A stretch of DNA of 64,000 nt. Origin: a virus. Under the pieces are notes generated by a model that worked only from the letters and a program-made list of their open reading frames with translations, was not told the DNA's origin and did no database searches. The DNA lies in IMG/VR virus record IMGVR_UViG_3300045912_000129, positions 1,653-65,652 of that record. One strand, written 5' to 3'. A program made the translations under genes and the position numbers. Each line of letters starts with the position of its first letter. Position 1 is the first letter of the stretch. Positions 52,962 through 61,221 of this stretch are shown here, one piece after another.

Positions 52962-53596
52962 GGGGGCAGAGAAAAGGTATAGCTTAGGCTATATTCGCGC
53001 ATCTGTCCCGGCAAGAAGACCTGTCGAGCGCGAACAGGCTATCCTACTCTAGTCGGGAAGTAGGACGAACAGAACCGACCTCCACTTCGGTGTGGAGAAA
53101 TTTCCCTTCGGGGAGCCCTTGTACAGTGGGTGAGGTCAACCTCAACTGTACGATGAACCGCCATGGTGACATGGTACTTAACTCGGTAGTGGGAGTTAAG
53201 CTAAGGGTTGCAAGAAGTTACTCTACGGAGTAATGAGCACTCACTACGGCAGTACCCTACGGGGTGAGGTGTCCTAACAGGCCCTCTCATGAACTGCCCA
53301 CACAGACCCAGTGACGACTGGTAATCTGTGGGATGACACACCGCTGACGAGCGGGAATCGCCTAGTTGACTAGGCGTGGGTTGATCACCCTAACAATCCG
53401 TTCCTACACGTTATGTAGGTTGGTATATCTCGTCGTTGGGAGTATACCGTAAAAAGAAAGAAGCCTGTGGCACGCAGGTGAGCACTCAACGATGACCTCA
53501 CGTCTTACTAAAAATCAAGTAAGAGTGTAGGAAAAAGGAGGAGCGGAGTGGCTTTTCCTAGGATCAATGTGGTTACCACATAAACGATCCAGTGCA
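52962..53596 (+). ncRNA. Candidate large structured ncRNA 1 (about 640 nt), upstream of tRNA-Glu
   Basis: No ORF in the track. More than 15 consecutive hairpins, including C(UUCG)G at 53085 and 53106 and C(UACG)G at 53223 and 53257. Confidence 0.6.
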
Positions 53597-53606
53597 AAAA
53601 TTTTAA

Positions 53607-53678
53607 AGCCCATTCGTCTATCGGTTAGGACGTCAGATTTTCATTCTGAAAAGAGGAGTTCGATTCTCCTATGGGCTG
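53607..53678 (+). tRNA. trnE: tRNA-Glu(UUC), no encoded CCA
   Basis: Acceptor AGCCCAT/ATGGGCT, anticodon arm TCAGA-TT TTC AT-TCTGA, T-arm AGGAG-TTCGATT-CTCCT. Confidence 0.92.
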
Positions 53679-53706
53679 CAAAGCTACTTGCATTTGCAGT
53701 AGCCTA

Positions 53707-53895
53707 ACCTCCCCTACAGCTGCTATGCCGTGTATTGGCTCTAAAGCACTTAGGGGAGGGATTTAATTTTATTCTCTCTTATACTGCAATGCCCTGGCCA
53801 TTTGGAGCAGCGGCAAGACAGGTAAGGAGAATAAAATATCAACAAACCTCCCCTACAGTTGCTTGGGTTCAAGCCGTGAAGCACTTAGGGGAGGA
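53707..53895 (+). repeat. Two copies of a CCTCCCCTA...TAGGGGAGG irregular hairpin
   Basis: Copies at about 53707-53760 and 53847-53895 share ACCTCCCCTACAGYTGCT...AAGCACTTAGGGGAGG. Confidence 0.75.
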
Positions 53896-54152
53896 TTTTA
53901 ATATTAAAACTCCGTTGGTCTATCGGAGTATAAAACATAGACTCCCGCGTTATTCCTGCGGGTATCCCCTCTGGGGATAATAGCTCCCTCATAGAGGGTA
54001 TATCTGACATTTTGCCGTGGTGTCAGATGAATTAGAATGCGGCACCTCGCTAGCATACCGAGGTATATAAATAGTATGCTTATTTTTTAATTCCCCTTAC
54101 GGGGCGTTACCCTTGACGAGACAAGGCGTGACCCTGGAAGGGGTTTTGAATC

Positions 54153-54296
54153 ATGACGATTAAAGAAATATTTAATCTTCTGGTCGACATGTACGACCAG
54201 GAGCTCTACTCCCTCGAGCGTCACCACGTAGGTGATGCTCAATTGTTGGTAGCCTTGGAAAAGGCTATCAACATCTTGAGACCTTTCGTTAAGTAG
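54153..54296 (+). CDS. 47-aa protein (paralogue A, HVGD motif); not in the ORF track
   Basis: MTIKEIFNLLVDMYDQELYSLERHHVGDAQLLVALEKAINILRPFVK. Similar to the next ORF and preceded by the same leader. Confidence 0.65.
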   Translation: MTIKEIFNLLVDMYDQELYSLERHHVGDAQLLVALEKAINILRPFVK

Positions 54297-54495
54297 TGAA
54301 AGGTCTCAAACTCCGTGTCATTCCGGAGTCTAAACATAGAATGACAAACCGCGTTACCTTCCGCGGTATATAAGTAGAAGGCAGTAATATTGACCGCCTA
54401 CACCTGGCGGTATATAAATAAGGTGTATTATTTAATCCCCATTAGGGGCGTTACCCTTGACGAGACAAGGCATAGCCCTGGAAGGGGTTTTCGAT

Positions 54496-54666
54496 ATGGT
54501 GATTACTGAAATGAGCCCAAAGGGCTTAATCAATTTAATATTCAACCTTTATCAGGTTGAATATTATAAAATGCGGGGTCACGTAGGTGATCCCGCCTAC
54601 ATGGCCCTGCTCGAAAAATTAATCGAGCAGCTCGAGGCTTATGTAGGGGAAGACTGGTTCCTCTAA
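54496..54666 (+). CDS. 56-aa protein (paralogue B, HVGD motif)
   Basis: MVITEMSPKGLINLIFNLYQVEYYKMRGHVGDPAYMALLEKLIEQL. Start revised to the ATG at 54496. Confidence 0.65.
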   Translation: MVITEMSPKGLINLIFNLYQVEYYKMRGHVGDPAYMALLEKLIEQLEAYVGEDWFL

Positions 54667-54892
54667 CATAAGCCTCAACTCCGCGTCATTCCGGAGTATA
54701 AATATAGAATGACAACCACGCAACCTCCCGTGGTATACAAATAGGAGGCAGAAGAAATGACCTCGCTGACATACCGAGGTATATAAATAGTATGTTATTT
54801 TTTGCAGTGTAGTTGCACTGCCACCATAAAGTAGTAAACGGGGTGTAAGCCGTTATAACTACATATTGTTCACCTTCCATCCCCGAACTATT

Positions 54893-55507
54893 ATGGAAGG
54901 GAAGAAAAAGGATCGCGAGATCCGTCACTCAGCCCGTAAAATACACGGGTTGAAGAGTCTTCCTTGTCCGCCGATAGTTCGGTGGATGGGAGCATTTGGC
55001 ACTTTTAATGGGGAAGAAAGTGCCAAATGGGAGGCCTCCGACACACGAATGAAGTGTGCGGAGGTACTACTGCCCAATGGCAATGGGTCTTTTATGTCCA
55101 AATGCGGACAGAGATCCATTGGTATTGGTCTCTTAGTAGATCAAGCCAGAACACCATTGTTCAGAGCGTACAACTACGACGCTTGGACGAACAATGGTAA
55201 AAAGGGTTCTGTACCCTTTGGCGACTCTACTAAGTTGTACAGCATGTACAAAACCCACGAAAACTTAGTTTATGTAACTAAGTATCGTGAGGTGGCGGCC
55301 ATGCTACAACTCCACCATAACTACAACAGTTATTTGTGGACAGAGGCCACCATTGGAGACGGGAAGCGAGCACCCGTCTACAAGGCAGTAGTTTGCGATA
55401 CTGCTCGCAGCTGGGCAGTGCGCCAGCAAGCCATAAAAATGGCTGCAGCACTGAACGTTGAGGTCATCTGGGTAAACGACCTCAAGGCTATGAACTTCCC
55501 CACATAG
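54893..55507 (+). CDS. Hypothetical early protein (204 aa)
   Basis: ATG at 54893, followed by a terminator. Confidence 0.65.
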   Translation: MEGKKKDREIRHSARKIHGLKSLPCPPIVRWMGAFGTFNGEESAKWEASDTRMKCAEVLLPNGNGSFMSKCGQRSIGIGLLVDQARTPLFRAYNYDAWTNNGKKGSVPFGDSTKLYSMYKTHENLVYVTKYREVAAMLQLHHNYNSYLWTEATIGDGKRAPVYKAVVCDTARSWAVRQQAIKMAAALNVEVIWVNDLKAMNFPT

Positions 55508-55567
55508 CTCCTAGCAGACGGCACCTCTCTGGTTTTGCAGAAGCTGCCGGAAAAGAAACAAAAAAAA

Positions 55568-55597
55568 AGGAGGTAGACCAGACTACCTCCTATTTTT
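55568..55597 (+). terminator. Intrinsic terminator (possibly bidirectional)
   Basis: A-run, AGGAGGTAG-ACCAGA-CTACCTCCT, then ATTTTT. Confidence 0.8.
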
Positions 55598-55638
55598 CAA
55601 CTAAAATTTTCTTTGAAAGAGAGAAGAAAATTTTTTAA

Positions 55639-56175
55639 CGGGTGAGGGGTGAAATTCCCTGTGGCTAACGACCCGGCTACTATATACATGTTGACATGTA
55701 ATTATAGTTAGCGAACAATGTAGCCTATGGTACTCTCCCAATAAAAGGGTAGTCTTATAAGACTATAGGGAAACCGAGAGTACGTTTACAATAATGACGA
55801 TGATGCAGCTTTACCTGCTAGAAACATCTAGTTATATGTAAACGAGGTGAGTCCTCCAAGTGCGGCACCAGGCTGAGTGAGGGGATGCTGGTGCATTGTT
55901 ACTATTTCCTGCGTAGTAACAATTATTAAAGGTGATAGTGGTACAATCACCTTGCAGTGTTACAAAGAGAGATACTAGGGAGTGGCGTCCCGAAAAGATA
56001 CCTGGCAAGTATCAGTATCGAGAGTAACAAACGGGAATATCGTACCAACGAGGAACACAGGTTCCATAGTCTGCCCGTCCGATAAAGTCCCAATCCCAAA
56101 GGTAATGGGGATACTTATTGGAGAAAGAAGAGCCGTGCCACGCGGTAAAGTATGTGGGAGAGTAAACTCTAAATC
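55639..56175 (+). ncRNA. Candidate large structured ncRNA 2 (about 540 nt)
   Basis: Nested stems (GGCTAC/GTAGCC, GTACTCTC/GAGAGTAC, CGTTTACA/TGTAAACG, GCACCAG/CTGGTGC, TTGTTACTA/TAGTAACAA, AAGGTGAT/ATCACCTT). No credible ORF. Confidence 0.6.
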
Positions 56176-56627
56176 ATAACCAGCTGAAGATAGATACTTT
56201 ATATTTATCTCCAGCTGGTTATATTAAACCATTTGCAGTGTAGTTAGCATTGAAACATAAAAAGTAAAGGCGTTGATCTTACGCCTTAATTGATGCCTTA
56301 ATTGGCTAGAGAAGAGATCAAACCCCTGGTTATACTGTTCGCCTCCGAAAGCGCTGCTTCTGACTTGGCAACATGTATAAAGAATCCGACAGGGCATATC
56401 ACCGTTCTTAGTAGAGCTTCTTGGGTGATAACGATTCTAATATTAATTTAACTCCCGAAATGAAACCAAGCGTTCCTTTTTGAAAGAAAAAGAAAACGCT
56501 TGGTTTCTATCAAACCCTTTGCAGTGTAGTTAGCATTAACCGCGAGAGGCTATCCGCGGTATACAAATAGATGAGCCATTAATTGTTAATAAACCCTCCC
56601 GCTAGCATATCGGGAGTAATAAATAAT

Positions 56628-56828
56628 ATGCTTGTTATGACTCCAATCTTTATTCAGGTGGGGACTACCGTCTACGTGGGCGGTGGTCTCCACCTTGCCC
56701 AGTTTGCCATAGACTGGGCAACAAGAATAGGGAAGGAGTATACTGTACTCCCTTTCGGAGTACAATTCTCCTTCTCATCAGTAGACATGGCCTCACAGGC
56801 CTATGATCTACTGAGATCTATGGCTTAA
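56628..56828 (+). CDS. Small hypothetical protein (66 aa)
   Basis: ATG at 56628 or 56638. The listed TTG start runs through a pseudoknot element. Confidence 0.5.
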   Translation: MLVMTPIFIQVGTTVYVGGGLHLAQFAIDWATRIGKEYTVLPFGVQFSFSSVDMASQAYDLLRSMA

Positions 56829-57036
56829 TTTTATCCCGCTGGCATACCGGGATTAATAAATAGTATGCTTATTTTTAACCATTTGCAGTGTAGTTAGCAT
56901 TGAAACAACTCTTGACGAGGAGTATAAACTACGTATCAGTTCAATCGTCATACGAACTGATTAGCCCATGACGAAATCGGAGTGTGGGACCTCCAACTGT
57001 TTTTTTTACTTCATTAATTAATATATATATTAAATA

Positions 57037-57942
57037 ATGAAGTTTCTAGTTCTCGCCAAACCACTCGCGGTAGAGTTTGGCAGAGAATCCCTTATAGAGG
57101 AATTTATCTCCTCTATGGGGGCGCGTGTGCTTGCGAAAAAGCACATGGTGTGCGATTCGTCCAGGATCGCACGCCATTACCAGCAATTTGCTGGCAAGCC
57201 TTTTTTCCAGGGGCTTGTAAAATATTATACTGGAAAAAATATTGTCGCATATATGTGCGAGTGCGACAATATTGAAGTTCTCATGGCTATCCGCGAAGCC
57301 ATGGGGACAGCTAAAGTTTCTCCCAATTCATTTCGGGAGAAACTTATTGGAGACGTCTATGCAGAACGTTTCCAATCAGTGGGTGTCATTGACAATGGCA
57401 TCCATTGTAGCGATTCTGCTGAGGAAGGACTGCGAGAAATTGCAGTATGGTTTGGTGTGCCACCGACTTCCTCTCGCACAGAAATGGCACACAAGGCGGT
57501 ATGGAAGATTCTTTCTTCCGTATCCAAAGTAGACTCTCTGCAATACGCAGGGGGCGAACACGATGGCACTGCTATCGAGGGTAGTGTCATTGATTTGGAT
57601 TACCGCCTATTGACTAACGACATGCCCTTTGTCGTTAGCCAACTCGAAAAAAAAGGGCTAGTCATTGACAAGCGTAGTGTTGATGACGAAAGTGGGGCTG
57701 AATATGTTAAATTTGAAATCCGTTTTACGGGTGGCAAATGCGACATTGCAGTAGTTCCCACTGCAGCCTACGCAAACCAAGTAAGTAAATCTCATCTGAT
57801 TTACTTGGTTTCTGATACTCTCAAAGATGAGGTAAGAGCTATTAAAGCTAGTGCGAAAGCTACTGGTGATAAACAGCTCTACAAAGACGTAAAGCGGCAA
57901 TGTCGCAAACGTCTACTTGAGAGTATCAACTGGGTGGACTAA
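57037..57942 (+). CDS. ndk: Nucleoside diphosphate kinase fused to a Pol-beta-type nucleotidyltransferase domain
   Basis: N-terminal NDK: KP, HY...GKPFF..LV.Y and NGIHCSDS (phospho-His), ending EIAVWF. C-terminal: YAGG...GTAIEGSVIDLDY and KCDIAVVP. Confidence 0.8.
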   Translation: MKFLVLAKPLAVEFGRESLIEEFISSMGARVLAKKHMVCDSSRIARHYQQFAGKPFFQGLVKYYTGKNIVAYMCECDNIEVLMAIREAMGTAKVSPNSFREKLIGDVYAERFQSVGVIDNGIHCSDSAEEGLREIAVWFGVPPTSSRTEMAHKAVWKILSSVSKVDSLQYAGGEHDGTAIEGSVIDLDYRLLTNDMPFVVSQLEKKGLVIDKRSVDDESGAEYVKFEIRFTGGKCDIAVVPTAAYANQVSKSHLIYLVSDTLKDEVRAIKASAKATGDKQLYKDVKRQCRKRLLESINWVD

Positions 57943-58165
57943 ATAAAGAGAATGTGACGTCCACTCTTGCGTACCACGAGCGCATACTCGTGTAGCTTTT
58001 TTCTAATACGTTTTGTAGTTACCCAACAAAACGTATATACCTATGCCGTGATTCTATTTACTAGATAGCGTAGGTGCAAAGGATACTGGACACCTTTGAA
58101 CAGGAGCATTGGCAGAGTATAGATGTACTCCCCTCAGCCATTAACCACTCAATAAATAAATAAGA

Positions 58166-58720
58166 GTGGATAAAAAAATCTTCTTGTCTATCTACCAGCA
58201 GATAGACACAGATTTTCAGAGCTACGCAGCCAGCGTATGCTCTGTTTTAGGAGGAAACTTCCTCCCTGGTCCCATGAAAACATGGGAATCTTGCAGCCGT
58301 AAAGCAAAAGCAGACGGCTGCGAGATTAGTGACTTGAAAGACATCATCAGATGTTCTTTCATCTTCACTACCGAGGAGGAAGTTATGTATGCGATGAATC
58401 GCATACAATCCCTTGCTGAAGTTGTACGAGTAAAAAATCGTATGACTTCTAAAGGATACAGAGATGTGCTCATCAATGTATCCTTCATGGGAATTGTATG
58501 TGAAATACAATTGCATACAGCTCTTGGTTTAGCAGCCAAAGACGGAAAGGTGATCAATCACCCGACCGTTAATACTTGGTCTGCTAAACTTGGCCCCTTT
58601 GCTGGATGGGGTCACAAGCTCTATGAGCTTGAAAGAGCAGCCTCCCATCCGACTGTTGCAGCTATCATTGCTGTAATGGGTGTATGGTATTACGGATTAG
58701 TCCGTAAACTACTTTCGTAG
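58166..58720 (+). CDS. RelA/SpoT synthetase-like (small alarmone synthetase-fold) protein
   Basis: PMKTWES..RK, DLKDIIRCS, KGYRDVLINV, CEIQLHT and GHKLYE match SYNTH-domain motifs. GTG start. Confidence 0.7.
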   Translation: MDKKIFLSIYQQIDTDFQSYAASVCSVLGGNFLPGPMKTWESCSRKAKADGCEISDLKDIIRCSFIFTTEEEVMYAMNRIQSLAEVVRVKNRMTSKGYRDVLINVSFMGIVCEIQLHTALGLAAKDGKVINHPTVNTWSAKLGPFAGWGHKLYELERAASHPTVAAIIAVMGVWYYGLVRKLLS

Positions 58721-58781
58721 TACCATACAAAAAACTCAGCTATCCAAGTTTCTCGGTTTAGAGGATAGCGAACTACTGTTT

Positions 58782-58900
58782 ATAAGTTACAAGCAGCGTG
58801 TAGTTAATCTACAGGTTAAGAAGATGTGTTATCTTCTCAGGCTGTCTCTGCCAGGGCACAAAAGTGCGTCTAGTAAAGAGGTTCGCAGCTTGTAACTTAT
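58782..58900 (+). ncRNA. Multibranch RNA-like element closed by a perfect 13-bp stem
   Basis: ATAAGTTACAAGC (58782-94) pairs with GCTTGTAACTTAT (58888-900). Inner hairpins TGTAG/CTACA, GAAGAT/ATCTTC and GCAC/GTGC. Confidence 0.5.
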
Positions 58901-58912
58901 AAAATAACTTAT

Positions 58913-59287
58913 ATGACAAAAGTATTCAATTTTGGACACCCACTGTCCCAAAGTGCTATCACTAAGATCGAACAATACTTCGGTCAAGTACAGCACATCA
59001 AAGTGGGTGTCCAATTAAATGTTTTCGATGCGGACGCACCAGGCATCGAACAACAAGTATTAGACGTGGTGCGACCATACGCTACCGATTTTAACGGAGC
59101 GGAGCGTATGGTAATCATTAGTCCAGGAATGAGCAATGCTGCATGGGTATTAGCAGCAATCATTCATGGATTATCGGGGAGATTCCCCGAACTTGTTGAG
59201 CTTCGTCTCAACTCCGATAAAGTCTTTGACTTTTATAGAGTCATCGACTTGCAGGAGTTTAGAAACGAAGTCCGCAAGATCCGTTAG
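58913..59287 (+). CDS. csx15: Csx15-like protein (type III CRISPR accessory, candidate ring nuclease family)
   Basis: FNFGHPL, IEQYFG, PG...AAWVLAAIIHGLSGRFPELVELR and IDLQEFR match the Csx15 pattern as recalled. Confidence 0.78.
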   Translation: MTKVFNFGHPLSQSAITKIEQYFGQVQHIKVGVQLNVFDADAPGIEQQVLDVVRPYATDFNGAERMVIISPGMSNAAWVLAAIIHGLSGRFPELVELRLNSDKVFDFYRVIDLQEFRNEVRKIR

Positions 59288-59349
59288 CAAATATACCCTG
59301 ATTAACAGCTTATGGCACAGGGTATTTAATAACTATAAATCTAAACACT

Positions 59350-59703
59350 ATGATAAAAATAACTAGTGTTTCACAAATATTAAAAGAGGGTTTTACCCTC
59401 GACTTCCTAGTAGGTAAATACATCGCCTACAAAGGATGTATTATCCCCATAATTAACACTCCAACTCTGGAGGTTAATCAATGGGGATTACTACCAGACG
59501 AGATAGAACATCTCGTCAATTTGGATGAGGGGCAAATAGAGTATGAAACTACGTTTGTAGTTTCAGATAATCAAAAAGATTTAGTTCCTTTTCTTGGACT
59601 AAATCCATGCGCTCTCTTCTCACTGGAGGTTAAAAAATACTCCCCTCATACAAACATGAGTGAGGAGGATTTTAAGTACCTCCTTAATTTATTAACAATT
59701 TAA
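59350..59703 (+). CDS. Hypothetical protein
   Basis: 117 aa with ATG and an A-rich leader. Confidence 0.55.
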   Translation: MIKITSVSQILKEGFTLDFLVGKYIAYKGCIIPIINTPTLEVNQWGLLPDEIEHLVNLDEGQIEYETTFVVSDNQKDLVPFLGLNPCALFSLEVKKYSPHTNMSEEDFKYLLNLLTI

Positions 59704-59934
59704 AAATAGCCAAATCAAACCATCTTTGCAGTGTAGTTAGCACTAAAACATATCCCGCTAGCATACCGGGATCAATAAATAGCATGCTTCTACTACTAAG
59801 CAGACGTTTCGATACGTCGTGTTAAATAAGGGCTTAGTAGTAAGGGAGCGTGTCCCGTAGATTAAAACGCTGACTGACAGGAAAGACTGTCTTACCTAGC
59901 TGTGAACTCGTATGAGGTGAGGCTAGGGACATCC

Positions 59935-59995
59935 GGGGTAGAAAATGGCGATTGCTGTAACAACAGCAAAGTGGGTTCGATTCCCACCTATCCTT
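59935..59995 (+). ncRNA. D-armless tRNA-like element (61 nt)
   Basis: Acceptor GGGGTAG/CTATCCT, canonical T-arm GTGGG-TTCGATT-CCCAC, a 10-nt linker in place of the D-arm, and a 7-bp hairpin with a 4-nt loop in place of the anticodon arm. Confidence 0.6.
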
Positions 59996-60082
59996 GCAAA
60001 TTCCCGCTGGCATAACGGGTAAAGTATGCTATATTATTAACCAAACCCGCCGTGCCGGGGTATAATAGCACGATTTAAACGT

Positions 60083-60304
60083 ATGAAATTTAATTTTCAA
60101 ACCATCTTCATTCCCTCCTTGAATTTGGAGGTGAATGAGTTCCAATTTTTGAGCCTTCGGGCTCAAGTTAAACAAGGAGTACTCCCTCCCTTTGATTTTA
60201 CCGATACCAACGGTAAAGTCATTGGAAGCGTAGACTCCAACGGTCGTGTAGAAGGAGAATACCCCTTCACCGACCTTAACGACATGTTAACTACTCTTTT
60301 GTAG
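60083..60304 (+). CDS. Hypothetical protein
   Basis: 73 aa, flanked by pseudoknot elements. Confidence 0.55.
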   Translation: MKFNFQTIFIPSLNLEVNEFQFLSLRAQVKQGVLPPFDFTDTNGKVIGSVDSNGRVEGEYPFTDLNDMLTTLL

Positions 60305-60464
60305 TTAGCATGTCCCCGCTGGCATACCGGGTAAAGTATGCTACCGTAACACCTCGGTTATAATAAGGTGCAGTAATGACTCTGCTGGTATACCGGAGTA
60401 TAAACTAGTATACTGAAACTTCGTTTCTTTGAAAGAAAAAGGAAACGATTAAAAAATTAAACTT

Positions 60465-60737
60465 ATGATGAACAAAGAAATTTTAGATCTCCTTGAGATG
60501 ATTCTCAAAGGAGATCAAGAGGCAATTGCCTCTATTATAAATACCCAAATCAATCGGTTGCAAATTGCAGCCGACGATTGGGACAACAACCATCACGGTA
60601 GCAATAGCTCCATCTACCGTGAGTATCTAGAGATGGAGCTTAGTACAGCAACTGGTATGATTGCTGTACTGAAAAAACATAATCATACCACACTTGCAGA
60701 TAAACTCAGCATTGCTGTAGCTTATTCTGCAGTGTAA
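60465..60737 (+). CDS. Hypothetical helical protein
   Basis: 90 aa with an A-rich leader. Confidence 0.55.
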   Translation: MMNKEILDLLEMILKGDQEAIASIINTQINRLQIAADDWDNNHHGSNSSIYREYLEMELSTATGMIAVLKKHNHTTLADKLSIAVAYSAV

Positions 60738-60856
60738 TTTTTTCCGCTAGCATACCGGGTAAAGTATGCTATCAAACCCTTTGCAGTGTAGTTAGCTATA
60801 CCGCTTGCATACCGGTTATAATAGTATGCTATTCATTAACCAAAAACAATCAGACC

Positions 60857-61102
60857 ATGAAAATAAAAATTAAATCCACCAGTGCATTAGCACGGTGGAT
60901 CAAAGCCATCGAAAACAGTCTCAATATTGCTCGTTCTGAGCAGTATGAGGCAGCTTATATGGGGGAAGATTCTCTTTTCTACGACGAAATCGTAGAAAAA
61001 GGAGAGTCAACTCTTCGTCTCATTGAGAGAAGAGTTAAAAAACTCTCCCCCAAAAAACAAGCAATTCTTAAGCCTCTCATTGAGAGAGCTTGGAATGCTT
61101 AA
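60857..61102 (+). CDS. Small helical protein, paralogue of 63557-end
   Basis: STSALARWIK...LRLIERRVKKLSP...ILKPLIERAWNA aligns with the last ORF. Confidence 0.65.
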   Translation: MKIKIKSTSALARWIKAIENSLNIARSEQYEAAYMGEDSLFYDEIVEKGESTLRLIERRVKKLSPKKQAILKPLIERAWNA

Positions 61103-61221
61103 AACAAATCGCGTAACCTCCCGCGGTATATAAGTAGGAGGCGTTTATAGTTAACACTAGCCCTTTGACAGCTGGGGCTATATAAATGAGCTGTTAATTC
61201 TTTTGAAAAACCAATAAAACT

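Noticed and set aside
53707-53895. Twister or HDV-like (theta) ribozyme after tRNA-Glu
   Set aside because: GGTTCAAGCC recalls the twister L4 loop, but the L1/T2 elements and the HDV nested double pseudoknot could not be built by eye.
52962-56175. RNase P RNA or canonical tmRNA assignment for the large structured tracts
   Set aside because: No GAGGAAAGUCC P4 signature, and no terminal T-arm/acceptor closing either tract.
53735-56179. Track ORFs 53735-53980, 54686-54928(-), 54925-55119(-) and 55982-56179
   Set aside because: They have near-cognate starts, run through structured repeats or lie antisense to better ORFs, so they are likely spurious.
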